Shown here: one piece after another, positions 37,289 through 46,154 of the stretch
Layout of the letters: the number at the start of each line of letters is the position of its first letter
Position numbering within the stretch: the first letter of the stretch is position 1
NCBI GenBank assembly: GCA_964361705.1
Contig: CAYIBP010000001.1
Coordinates: 26,727 to 90,726, forward strand
Length of the DNA stretch: 64,000 nt
Origin: an uncultured Candidatus Saccharibacteria bacterium
Lineage (GTDB): Bacteria; Patescibacteriota; Minisyncoccia; Phycocordibacterales; UBA9973
Direction of reading: 5' to 3'
The notes under the pieces: generated by a model
What the model saw: the letters and a program-made list of their open reading frames with translations, nothing else
The model's database searches: none
Told to the model about the DNA's origin: nothing
Position numbers and translations under genes: made by a program

Positions 37289-39012
37289 TAAAGCATGTTA
37301 TACCCTTCTTCTAGGTTAAACACAGACTCTATCTTTTTATTGCATTTTTTACAAGAAGTCTGATATTTTTTGGCAGTCAAAAACATGGCGAGTTCTTCTT
37401 GCATGCGTATCATCGGATGCGTGTCCGGTAGCGGAATTTTCATTTTTCTTAGAAATTGAAGTTCAGATTGGATAATCCTAAACGGTCTGCCTGTGACTTT
37501 ACACTCTATGGCTTTTTCCACAATATCATCATTCACATCATCTATATATTTTGGTATATCTGCATTCGTCAGTATTTGTTCGTTTGATATATTGGTTTCT
37601 GGCTCCTCGGCTATATAACCACCTAGTTTTATAATTTGTTCCTCACTCAAAGGGAAAACAATTTGGCTCAATGAAAAATTGTATGCTTGAGCAGAAAATT
37701 CCATACCTAAACCATCGCCATACTCGCCTATCTTTAACATTTCATATTTAATTTTATCCAGTAGTTTATAATATTCTTCTGCAGAATATTGTTTATTCAA
37801 AATACAATAGGATTTATCCCTTAAACCAAAACACATAAAACAATTGCTCAAATTACTGCAATTAAAAACAAATTCGCAATCAAGAAGTATTTTTGAATGT
37901 GAAGAAAATTTCACATTGCTGGAATGATTGCCAGTATTTATAGTGCTATACAACAAACTGGAATGCCCTCCAGAAAACAGCGTATCCATAGAATCATTCA
38001 GAAAAAAACTTCCATCTATATGCCGTACATTTTCTGTGTCTTTTGAAGCAGTAGCATCAAAAATATTTTTAGCATCTCTGAGCAACACACCATTACAATT
38101 TTCTATGTTTGTATTAGCAGAAGCATTTATTGGCGAAGATTTAACGAGCAACCAAAATTTATCTTCCATATCTTTTATTTTCTCTCGCGACAGAGGATAA
38201 ATGGATTTGATAAAATCTTTGTATTCTTTTTCCGAAAGTTGTTTATTCCAAACACAATATTTCGCATTTCTAAGGTTCACTGAACCAAAACACTTGTCAC
38301 AGTTTCGACATCCAAATAAAAATATACTATCTGTGCAATCTTTTGAAAAATAAACAAAAGAAGATTTATAAATATGATCAGAATAAACACTACCATAAAC
38401 ATGATCAGATTCATCTATAACTCTGGAATCCATGCCGTCTTTGACTTTATTCATTGAATTGCAATACCAAAGATTTTCAGAAAAAAAGCAACCTGTCACA
38501 TAATAACCATTCTTTAGGTTTCTACCGCCATTTGAATATTCACTATTTATTGTCGAAGGATCTTTGTTTAGAAAAGATGGCATGGGAAAAACTTTTCGAA
38601 GCGCAAAAAGTATAGCCAAAGGACTTGCGCCGTCCTTGTACTCCAAGCCAAAAGAAAAAGCATCGAAACTATCACCCATAAAATATTTATAATCATAAAC
38701 AGGAAAAGGACACTCTTTCGGAAATATAGATATCATTGATTCGTTGTGGTTAGATACATTGCAAGATCTTTTAAAAAGTCGGGAGCTATCTTTTTGTGTT
38801 AATCTTCTGATTCTCCTACAAGTAGGACAAAAGTTTGGAGCTGGAACTCGAAGCATTTTTAAAAATTCTATATCGCCTTTTGATATTTCAAACTCTCCCT
38901 CGCAGTGTATATGCAAACCCGCCCATCTGCAAACACGAGAGTGAGGAGTAAGATTTGCCAAAATTTCGTCTAGCAACTTATCAAATCTGGGTGTTTTTGA
39001 CACTGATTGCAT
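37255..39012 (-). CDS. cysteine-rich multi-zinc-ribbon protein, novel family, paralog C (most divergent)
   Basis: 585 aa; internal CRNCDKCFG...KEY and CSNLSNCFMCFGLRDKSYCILNKQYSAEEY repeats; C-terminal ...KKCNKKIESVFNLEEGYNMLYCEDCYKKEVY. N-terminal module degenerate (HxxC...CPTCRR). Confidence 0.55.
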   Translation of the reverse strand: MQSVSKTPRFDKLLDEILANLTPHSRVCRWAGLHIHCEGEFEISKGDIEFLKMLRVPAPNFCPTCRRIRRLTQKDSSRLFKRSCNVSNHNESMISIFPKECPFPVYDYKYFMGDSFDAFSFGLEYKDGASPLAILFALRKVFPMPSFLNKDPSTINSEYSNGGRNLKNGYYVTGCFFSENLWYCNSMNKVKDGMDSRVIDESDHVYGSVYSDHIYKSSFVYFSKDCTDSIFLFGCRNCDKCFGSVNLRNAKYCVWNKQLSEKEYKDFIKSIYPLSREKIKDMEDKFWLLVKSSPINASANTNIENCNGVLLRDAKNIFDATASKDTENVRHIDGSFFLNDSMDTLFSGGHSSLLYSTINTGNHSSNVKFSSHSKILLDCEFVFNCSNLSNCFMCFGLRDKSYCILNKQYSAEEYYKLLDKIKYEMLKIGEYGDGLGMEFSAQAYNFSLSQIVFPLSEEQIIKLGGYIAEEPETNISNEQILTNADIPKYIDDVNDDIVEKAIECKVTGRPFRIIQSELQFLRKMKIPLPDTHPMIRMQEELAMFLTAKKYQTSCKKCNKKIESVFNLEEGYNMLYCEDCYKKEVY

Positions 39013-39024
39013 AAAGATATCATA

Positions 39025-39057
39025 GCAAAAAACCTCGTAAATTACGAGGTTTTTTGC
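39025..39057. terminator. intrinsic terminator hairpin gcaaaaaaCCTCGTaaattACGAGGttttttgc downstream of dnaK
   Basis: Perfect 14-bp stem (including A/T extensions) with T-run, read from sequence. Lies between the dnaK stop (39073) and the start of Cys-rich paralog C (39012) on the reverse strand. Confidence 0.55.
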
Positions 39058-39072
39058 TGAAGTTTGAGATTT

Positions 39073-40977
39073 TTATTTTTTATCCTCCCCTTCTTTAAAT
39101 TCCACATCGTGAACTTCTGGTGGTTGTTCTTCGGCAGTAGTCCCCGTATTAGGATTTGCCTGTCCTGCTTCAGCATTAGCTTTCTGCATGGCTTCGCCTA
39201 TTTTTGACATTTCAGCAGAAAGCTCTTCGGTTGCTTTCTTTATTTTCTCTCCATCAGTACCATCTTTTACTTCTTTCAAACCAGCGATCTTTTTATTCAC
39301 ATTTTCTTTTACATCTGCTGGAAGTTTTGCCTCATTGTCTTTTAGAGCTTTCTCCGCAGTGTACATCATCATCTCTGCAGTATTTTTCACATCAACCAAC
39401 TCTCTCTTTTTCTTGTCTTCCTCTGCGTGAACCTCTGCATCTTGCTGCATTTTCTTTATATCTTCATCTTTGAGTCCAGAGCTTGCCTCTATTCTGATAG
39501 ATTGAGTTTTACCGGAAGCTTTTTCCATGGCTTTCACATTCAATATTCCATTTGCATCTATGTCAAAAGTTACTTCGACTTGAGGCATACCACGTGGAGC
39601 AGGTGGTACACCGTCTAGCACAAAGCGACCGAGGGATTTGTTGTCGGACGCCATTGGACGCTCACCTTGAACTACGTGTATCTCTACAGAAGTCTGATTG
39701 TCTGCGGCGGTAGAAAATACTTGAGATTTTGAAGCAGGGATTGTAGTATTTTTTTCTATCAACTTTGTAGCCACACCTCCCAATGTCTCAATACCCATAG
39801 ATAGAGGTATGACATCCAAGAGCAAGACATCTCGTACATCTCCTGCTAGCACTCCACCCTGGACAGCCGCGCCGAGCGCCACGACTTCGTCTGGGTTGAT
39901 AGACATATTTGGTGTTTTACCAAAAAGATTTTTCACAGCTTCCACCATCATCGGCATTCTGGTCTGACCTCCGACCATGATGATCTCGTTTATTTCATTC
40001 ATTTTGAAAGGAGAAGCTTCCACAGCTCTCTTTGTAATCTCAATAGATCTATCCACGAATTCTTTTGCCAAAGATTCCAATGTCGCGCGAGACATCTTGA
40101 GTAACAAGTGCTTTGGCCCTTCGGCATCAGAAGTAATAAAAGGAATATTTACTTCCGCTTCCATCGTGGTAGAGAGTTCATGTTTCGCCTTTTCAGCTGC
40201 TTCTTTCAGTCTCTGTAATGCGAGTGAATCTTTACGCACATCCACGCCTGATTCCTTTTTGTACTCATCTGCTATCCAATCAATGATCTTGCTATCTATG
40301 TCTTCACCACCCATATGACTGTCGCCATCAGTAGATTTTACTTCGATTACATCTTCTCCTATTTCAAGCACCGACACATCGAATGTTCCACCACCGAAGT
40401 CATATACCACAATCTTTTCATTTTTCTTTTTATTAAAACCATAGGCAAGCGCTGCCGCGGTAGGCTCGTTTATTATTCTCTTTACATCAAGACCGGCTAT
40501 TTGTCCGGCATCTTTTGTCGCCTTTCTTTGCGCGTCGTTGAAATACGCAGGCACAGTGATCACCGCTTCGGTAATCTTAACACCAAGCTTTGCTTCTACA
40601 TCAGCTTTTATTTTCTGCAAGATCATCGCGGAAACTTCTTCAGGACGATAAAACTTGTCGAGCATTTTTACTTTTACACCACCATCTTCACCCGCTTCTA
40701 TTTCGTAAGGAGCGCTCCCTTTGTCTTTTTGAACTCCTGGATCGCTGAACAGATGACCCATAAAACGCTTGATGCCGTAAATGGTATTTTTAGGATTCGT
40801 GACTGCTTGCCTCTTTGCCACTTGTCCCACCACACGACCTCCGCTTTTTGTAATAGCAACTATCGAAGGCGTGGTCCTGTTGCCCTCGACATTTTCAATA
40901 ATCTTTGGCGCGCCACCCTCAATGATAGACACCGCCGAATTTGTTGTACCCAAATCTATTCCTATTATTTTACTCAT
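39073..40977 (-). CDS. dnaK: chaperone DnaK (Hsp70)
   Basis: [33 protein letters not shown] motifs and C-terminal lid with EEVD-like acidic tail. Confidence 0.95.
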   Translation of the reverse strand: MSKIIGIDLGTTNSAVSIIEGGAPKIIENVEGNRTTPSIVAITKSGGRVVGQVAKRQAVTNPKNTIYGIKRFMGHLFSDPGVQKDKGSAPYEIEAGEDGGVKVKMLDKFYRPEEVSAMILQKIKADVEAKLGVKITEAVITVPAYFNDAQRKATKDAGQIAGLDVKRIINEPTAAALAYGFNKKKNEKIVVYDFGGGTFDVSVLEIGEDVIEVKSTDGDSHMGGEDIDSKIIDWIADEYKKESGVDVRKDSLALQRLKEAAEKAKHELSTTMEAEVNIPFITSDAEGPKHLLLKMSRATLESLAKEFVDRSIEITKRAVEASPFKMNEINEIIMVGGQTRMPMMVEAVKNLFGKTPNMSINPDEVVALGAAVQGGVLAGDVRDVLLLDVIPLSMGIETLGGVATKLIEKNTTIPASKSQVFSTAADNQTSVEIHVVQGERPMASDNKSLGRFVLDGVPPAPRGMPQVEVTFDIDANGILNVKAMEKASGKTQSIRIEASSGLKDEDIKKMQQDAEVHAEEDKKKRELVDVKNTAEMMMYTAEKALKDNEAKLPADVKENVNKKIAGLKEVKDGTDGEKIKKATEELSAEMSKIGEAMQKANAEAGQANPNTGTTAEEQPPEVHDVEFKEGEDKK

Positions 40978-41017
40978 ATTCTTAATATATTATTAATAAT
41001 GCTTGATAATTAAAGAT

Positions 41018-41053
41018 TTAGCAGGCTTTTCGCGGTCGCAAAAAACTTGCTAA
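41018..41053. promoter_or_regulatory. imperfect CIRCE-like palindrome TTAGCAggcttttcgc-ggtc-gcaaaaaacTTGCTAA in dnaK upstream/divergent promoter region
   Basis: Outer half-sites TTAGCA / TGCTAA match CIRCE half-sites (TTAGCACTC-N9-GAGTGCTAA), but spacer and inner arms differ. Located 41-76 bp upstream of the dnaK start. Confidence 0.35.
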
Positions 41054-41080
41054 AAACAGTATATATGATAAGATATCCAC

Positions 41081-41614
41081 ATGTCAAGCAAATCTGGATA
41101 TTCCAGTAAAATACTTAAAATATTGGCTGAAAAACCGGCACTTTCTCTGGAAGCTGTAAAAGAAAACTCGAACAAAAAAGACAAAAGAGAAGAGTATTCT
41201 TTAAACAGATCTGTCAAAAGTCTCACTGAAGCCGGCTGTGTTGAAATAATACGCTCAGAACACAAGGATTATTTACGACTCACTAAAAAAGGAAAAAATA
41301 GATTGAATAGTTTGCGTATCGGAGACACAGATGCCTTGGTACCACAAACTTGGGATGGGTTTTGGCGAATTGTGATATTGGATTTACCCGAAGACAGAAA
41401 AAACGAACGCGAATCTTTGCGATACCTTTTGAAAAAAGCAAACTTCGTTTGTGTGAAAAATACTGTTTGGATTTCGCCACACCCATACGAACATCTTTTT
41501 ACAAATATAAAAAAAGATTTAGGACTCTCTACAGAAATGATGATAATAACGACAAACAACCTAGATGAAGAAACTCATAAAGCATTCCTCAAAGAGATAG
41601 GTGGGCAATCTTAA
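41081..41614 (+). CDS. uncharacterised winged-helix + Cas2/VapD-like fold protein (paralog of 4789-5349)
   Basis: 177 aa; WDGFWRIVILDLPEDRKNERESLRYLLKKANFVCVKNTVWISPHP aligns with the C-terminal block of 4789-5349. Divergently transcribed from dnaK. Confidence 0.45.
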   Translation: MSSKSGYSSKILKILAEKPALSLEAVKENSNKKDKREEYSLNRSVKSLTEAGCVEIIRSEHKDYLRLTKKGKNRLNSLRIGDTDALVPQTWDGFWRIVILDLPEDRKNERESLRYLLKKANFVCVKNTVWISPHPYEHLFTNIKKDLGLSTEMMIITTNNLDEETHKAFLKEIGGQS

Positions 41615-43377
41615 TACACTTCCCTTTTATAACATTCTTCGCAATAAACTTTTTCGGTTCTGTCTGGAGAATACGGAGTTTCAAATTCGTTTGAGCATTT
41701 TTGATCGTGTCCGTGAGTGGTATTATCGCAAACACAAACTCTGTGCCATAAATTCCTAGGCGTGCGAAGCTTTTGTCTCTCTAAATATCTGCAATCAGGA
41801 CAAAATTCTGGTATCGGAACACTCATTCTTTTGTATAAATCGAATTCAGCTAAAACAATGTTGTAATTTTTGCTACATTTTTTGCAAGCAAGAACTTCTT
41901 TTGTTATTGTATCTGGCGTATTTGAAATACTATCAGGCAAAGTCTTTAAAGTTTCTTTACCAAAAGTACCTCCCAAATCATCTGCCCATTTAAAACCCTT
42001 CTCTAAAGTGTCTTCTTTAGTCAGTGGCATATATACATTGCCCTGCGTTTCGTTGTAACAAATAGGTGAATACTTCGGCGGGAAAAATTCTCCCCATTCG
42101 CCTGTATTCTTCATATGTTCTTTTATCTTTTGTACAAGTTTTTCATATTCTTCTTTGGTGTATTGCTTGTTGAATATACAATAAGAATTCTTTTTCAAGG
42201 CTACGCACCCGAAAAGATTTTGACCGTTGTGACAAGAATCGCAATAATACGCAAAAGTATTGTCGTAGGACAAATTGCAAGAAATCAGGTTAGATGAGCG
42301 CACTATCGCGTGAGAATTATACACGAGTTCTGTTTGTAGCCCCACATGATACACATCCATACAATCTTTTGTATCTGGAGACATCGCAGCAAAATGCACA
42401 TTTTCAGCTCGCTCTATATCAAACACCCTTTTGGAATTCTTGGAATTTAGCACAATATTGCCTGTGCAATCCACCGACTTATCTATCACAGCACACCTGT
42501 GCACCGCCTTTTGTTTTATCATATTTATATACTCCGCGTATAATTTATCTCGCGTAGCTCTGGAACCCAGATACATTTCTTCCATTTTTTTCTTATAGTC
42601 TTCTCTCGTGTATTGTTCATTATTTATACAGTAACTCTTATTGCGCAAGTTGTAACACATAAAACAATTTGAGCAATTCCTGCAATCATAAGAATAAAAA
42701 CAATCAGAACAATCCTTTAAAAACTTTCCGTACTGGCAATTGTAAAGATTCTCTCCATCTATACATTCATAACACATCGAGATATTCATAGGGTTGTAAA
42801 GGCAATCCACGCAGTCTCTGCCCTTCTCCCAAGTATTTGTACAGTAGAGCATATTTTCGCAATTGAACATGCAAAAAGACAGGTAGCAATCTTTATTGTC
42901 GCCAGCGTGATTTGTATAGTCAGAGTTAATAGTATTCTTATTGAGCAAAGCTATCCTCGGACACTCTAGTAACAGATCATAAAACTGTTCAAAAAATGGT
43001 TTTGTAAAATCAAAATCGCGCCCATAGTCAAGCGCGCTCCATTTGTCGCTCCAAAAACACGAAGTGCAAAAAACCTTAAAAGGCTTATCTGGAGAATACA
43101 CTGTCACTATAGACTTGTTGCATAAATTGCACACACCCCTATACAGCCTCCTTTCATTCCTAAAAGCATATCTGATCTGTTGCCTGCAATCAGGGCATTT
43201 GTCCGGCACCGGCACATCCATCTTTTTATAAAAAGCAAAATGATCCGGCTCGATGGTAAAGCTAGCCTTGCAACTCTGACAAGTCGCGGACACTGAGTTT
43301 GACGAATGTGTTTTAGTTTCCTGTTTCTCCATTGTATTCAAAAACATTGACGCGTGCTGGACGCAAAACTCTTTCAC
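41611..43377 (-). CDS. cysteine-rich multi-zinc-ribbon protein, novel family, paralog D
   Basis: 588 aa; N-term CQSCKASF...FYKKMDVPVPDKCPDCR...CNLCNKS...FCTSCF; C-term CKKCSKNYNI...LYKRMSVPIPEFCPDCR...CSNEFETPYS...VYCEECYKREVY. The 5' end overlaps the grpE 3' end, so the true start is probably an internal Met (MEKQETK). Confidence 0.6.
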   Translation of the reverse strand: MKEFCVQHASMFLNTMEKQETKTHSSNSVSATCQSCKASFTIEPDHFAFYKKMDVPVPDKCPDCRQQIRYAFRNERRLYRGVCNLCNKSIVTVYSPDKPFKVFCTSCFWSDKWSALDYGRDFDFTKPFFEQFYDLLLECPRIALLNKNTINSDYTNHAGDNKDCYLSFCMFNCENMLYCTNTWEKGRDCVDCLYNPMNISMCYECIDGENLYNCQYGKFLKDCSDCFYSYDCRNCSNCFMCYNLRNKSYCINNEQYTREDYKKKMEEMYLGSRATRDKLYAEYINMIKQKAVHRCAVIDKSVDCTGNIVLNSKNSKRVFDIERAENVHFAAMSPDTKDCMDVYHVGLQTELVYNSHAIVRSSNLISCNLSYDNTFAYYCDSCHNGQNLFGCVALKKNSYCIFNKQYTKEEYEKLVQKIKEHMKNTGEWGEFFPPKYSPICYNETQGNVYMPLTKEDTLEKGFKWADDLGGTFGKETLKTLPDSISNTPDTITKEVLACKKCSKNYNIVLAEFDLYKRMSVPIPEFCPDCRYLERQKLRTPRNLWHRVCVCDNTTHGHDQKCSNEFETPYSPDRTEKVYCEECYKREVY

Positions 43378-43966
43378 CCAGCTTGTAACCCTTTTGAATC
43401 ACTACGGAAATTTTATGATTGTCTTCTTGTTTATCGGTAGCAGTAATATCCATAGATTGATGAAGATTTGGATCAAAATCCTCGCCCACACGACCTATCT
43501 CTTTCACACCATATTCTTCAAAAATAGTATTGAGTTGAGAGTAAATATATTCCACTCCCTTGCGCCAATTTTGATCTACTTTTTCCCATGCTTCTTTGTT
43601 GGCAAAAGCCATATTAAAACTATCAATCACGGACAAAAATCTGGTCAACATGCGCTCACGCATAGCTTCTGAGAAGACTGCTTTTCTGTCTTCCTCTTGT
43701 TTCTTGAAATTCGCAAAATCTGCCCGCTCTTTCTGCCAACCTGTCAAATATTCTTCTTTTTCAGATTTTACCTGTTTCAGATCAGCTCGCAATTTCTTGA
43801 TAGTCTTTTTCAAGTCTTCTTCGCCGTCTTCATTGAACTCGAATTCGAGCACCTCTGTATCATCAGAAACACCAGAGGCGCCATCATCTGTTTCTTTCCC
43901 CTCTCCCGCGGGAGAAGAGCTTTGTATTTCATCGTCTGTTATTTCCTTAGAATCTTCGTCTGCCAT
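43313..43966 (-). CDS. grpE: nucleotide exchange factor GrpE
   Basis: 217 aa: acidic N-terminus, long paired helix, C-terminal beta domain (…HQSMDITATDKQEDNHKISVVIQKGYKLGERVLRPARVNV). Confidence 0.9.
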   Translation of the reverse strand: MADEDSKEITDDEIQSSSPAGEGKETDDGASGVSDDTEVLEFEFNEDGEEDLKKTIKKLRADLKQVKSEKEEYLTGWQKERADFANFKKQEEDRKAVFSEAMRERMLTRFLSVIDSFNMAFANKEAWEKVDQNWRKGVEYIYSQLNTIFEEYGVKEIGRVGEDFDPNLHQSMDITATDKQEDNHKISVVIQKGYKLGERVLRPARVNVFEYNGETGN

Positions 43967-43975
43967 ACAAGCATA

Positions 43976-44022
43976 TTAACACAAAAATCCCTCTTTTTTC
44001 AAGAGGGATTTTTGTGCGTTAA
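43976..44022. promoter_or_regulatory. extended CIRCE-like inverted repeat TTAACACAAAAATCCCTC-N9-GAGGGATTTTTGTGCGTTAA immediately upstream of grpE
   Basis: Read directly. 18/20-bp arms with 9-nt spacer (ttttttcaa). Outer and inner bases follow CIRCE (TTAGCAC..CTC-N9-GAG..GTGCTAA), with an 8-bp AAAAATCC/GGATTTTT insertion in each arm. Starts 10 bp upstream of the grpE ATG. Confidence 0.55.
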
Positions 44023-44065
44023 AACCAAAATATTTATCTTTACAAATCAAAGATACTTGACCTAT

Positions 44066-44710
44066 TTATTCTATTTTTACACTTTCTTTAAACACAGGGA
44101 TCACATCGAGGTATTTTGAAAAATGATTTTGACAGACATATACCCACTTGAGCTTCATTTCTTCATCACAAAGTACAGGTACGACCATGTGACCATTCTT
44201 CATGCGAGCAATAGACTTAAATAAAATTATCCTTCTGTTTTCACGATGATGTTTGAGATATTTTCTTATAATTTTAAACCATTCTATTCTTTTCTTGTAG
44301 ACTTCCTCAGGATCGCCATCTTTTGAAATGTCCTCTCCCTGCATTAAAGCGATTCCTTCTCTTATCCCGAGACATTTATCAAGCAATCCTTTATCTTTGA
44401 TATATTCATATACTTTATTGATATATAAAACTGTTAAGGCTTCCGGAATCTGACAGGTGTCAATATCTGAAAGAGAAAATTCACTTGGACCGACAGATTT
44501 AATATCTGGATGAACGAGTCTATTGATCCCAGTATAATATATGGGGTTAGGAAATAAAATTTCTGGGACTTTTAGTCTCATATTAAAAATCGCAGAGTGT
44601 TGCTCCTTTAGTTTCAACCTTCCTGCCTTTATTTTCTCTTTATTTTTAGCATCAATAATTGAAACAACGTCAATACTTTCATCCATATTGGTATAATAGC
44701 TCCGATTCAA
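44066..44710 (-). CDS. hypothetical protein
   Basis: 214 aa ORF with no recognisable motifs. Lies between the two copies of the CIRCE-like element. Confidence 0.4.
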   Translation of the reverse strand: MNRSYYTNMDESIDVVSIIDAKNKEKIKAGRLKLKEQHSAIFNMRLKVPEILFPNPIYYTGINRLVHPDIKSVGPSEFSLSDIDTCQIPEALTVLYINKVYEYIKDKGLLDKCLGIREGIALMQGEDISKDGDPEEVYKKRIEWFKIIRKYLKHHRENRRIILFKSIARMKNGHMVVPVLCDEEMKLKWVYVCQNHFSKYLDVIPVFKESVKIE

Positions 44711-44848
44711 CTATAAGGCAACGATGTCGCGGAAGTCCGACTTCCGCAAATCTTTCGCAAATTCAAAAGAATAAAAGAATAAGATAAGAGATAAGGAGAT
44801 AAGGGGACAGCCACCATTCTTTTTCCACTCTTTATTAATGTTACCCTT

Positions 44849-45028
44849 TTAAATTATTAAAAACAATGGTGGCTGACCCCAATATCTGACCCCAATATCC
44901 CCTTCCTCACCGTCTTCATTAAACTCGAAGTCCAAAACTTCAGAGTCATCTACCTCTTTTTCACTAACTTCACTGTCCTTTGCAGTTTCCTCTATTTCCT
45001 CTTCATTTGTGTCCTTTTCGTCTGTCAT
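44849..45028 (-). pseudogene. duplicated grpE 5' fragment (59 codons) fused to unrelated sequence
   Basis: Translation MTDEKDTNEEEIEETAKDSEVSEKEVDDSEVLDFEFNEDGEEGDIGVRYWGQPPLFLII*; residues 27-42 match the grpE N-terminus (…DDTEVLEFEFNEDGEE…). Preceded by a second copy of the CIRCE-like element. Confidence 0.5.
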
Positions 45029-45037
45029 ACAAGCATA

Positions 45038-45084
45038 TTAGCACAAAAATCCCTCTTTTTTCAAGAGGGATTTTTGTGCGTTAA
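45038..45084. promoter_or_regulatory. second copy of extended CIRCE-like inverted repeat (TTAGCACAAAAATCCCTC-N9-GAGGGATTTTTGTGCGTTAA)
   Basis: Near-identical to 43976-44022; left half-site here is the canonical TTAGCAC. Same distance from the ATG of the grpE fragment. Confidence 0.55.
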
Positions 45085-45115
45085 AATAAATTTAAGTTTA
45101 TAAATCCAAGTTGCA

Positions 45116-45994
45116 TTAGATAGGACAAACCGTTATTCCAGTTTTTCTTTTTAAAAGTTTCTGCATATTACCAAGTCCTTCTACTACGGCATCTATCCGA
45201 TCTTGAGAATCCTCCTCAGTTACTTTATTTTGAGCTATAAATTCTTTATACGCATTCCAACTTTCTTCGGTAAGACGACAAGAAGACGATTCGGTGTACG
45301 CCAACAAAACTCCGTTATAAGAATTCAAATTACCTTTTCTTACCAATTTACTTTGTCCTATTTTTAGATTATTTGAAGCTTGATCTACTTCATCTTGAGT
45401 ATTATCTTCTGTAACCAAATTAGATTTTATAACTTCCTGATATTCAGCCCAACTTTTTTTGGTATATCTTTCTGAAGGTAATTGATCATATTTGTAACCA
45501 GGAATTAAAGTATAATCATAATTTGCCAAAACTGCTTGGTATTCAGATAAATCTGGGATAGGTTGATCGCACGATAAACGCCTTATTCTTAATCTTGTTT
45601 TTAAATCTGCTAAACCACTAATTTCTAAATTGTTACTCTTTTGGAAAGACTTAACCGCTCTCAAAGTCATTGGGCCAAACACACCATCATTTTTACCGCT
45701 TAAATATTTTTTTGATTTAAGAAATTTCTGTAAGAAATATACAGGTCCATTGGCATTTTTGTCCCTATCTTTGTAGGTAATGTCTTGAGTAAGATCGATG
45801 CAACTCTCATCGTAACCTGAAACTACAATGTTTGACACTGAAGGATATGCAGCGCAAGGCATACCTGTCAAGTTGCTGTATTTATAACCCATGGAACAAG
45901 AATCTATTTCTGCTGCCTTTGTTTGACCAGCAAATGTGAATAAAACAAAAAGCAAAAGCACTAATGAAATATTCTTTTTCATATTATTTTTCAA
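45116..45994 (-). CDS. secreted protein with peptidoglycan-binding (PG_binding_1-like) domain and two FIVAR-like repeats
   Basis: Signal peptide MKKNISLVLLLFVLFTFAGQTKA. PG-binding-like VYFLQKFLKSKKYLSGKNDGVFGPMTLRAVKSFQKSNNL. Two repeats of type YTKKSWAEYQEVIKSNLVTEDNTQDEVDQASNNL, similar to repeats in the N-terminus of the 2367-aa protein. Confidence 0.55.
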   Translation of the reverse strand: MKNNMKKNISLVLLLFVLFTFAGQTKAAEIDSCSMGYKYSNLTGMPCAAYPSVSNIVVSGYDESCIDLTQDITYKDRDKNANGPVYFLQKFLKSKKYLSGKNDGVFGPMTLRAVKSFQKSNNLEISGLADLKTRLRIRRLSCDQPIPDLSEYQAVLANYDYTLIPGYKYDQLPSERYTKKSWAEYQEVIKSNLVTEDNTQDEVDQASNNLKIGQSKLVRKGNLNSYNGVLLAYTESSSCRLTEESWNAYKEFIAQNKVTEEDSQDRIDAVVEGLGNMQKLLKRKTGITVCPI

Positions 45995-46154
45995 TCGAAT
46001 TATTTGATAATGCGTCTGTTTTTTCTTTTTTGAGGGATTTTGAAATTATCAGAGAGAGAGAGAGCCATGTACACAAAACAAAACCCGAAAGCGATAGCTT
46101 CCTTATCTAGACTAATAAATTGATCTCTAATACTCCAAGGGGTAATAATAACGA

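Noticed and set aside
39188-41013. + strand ORFs antisense to dnaK (up to 232 aa)
   Set aside because: dnaK is unambiguous; these are shadow ORFs favoured by the gene's codon bias.
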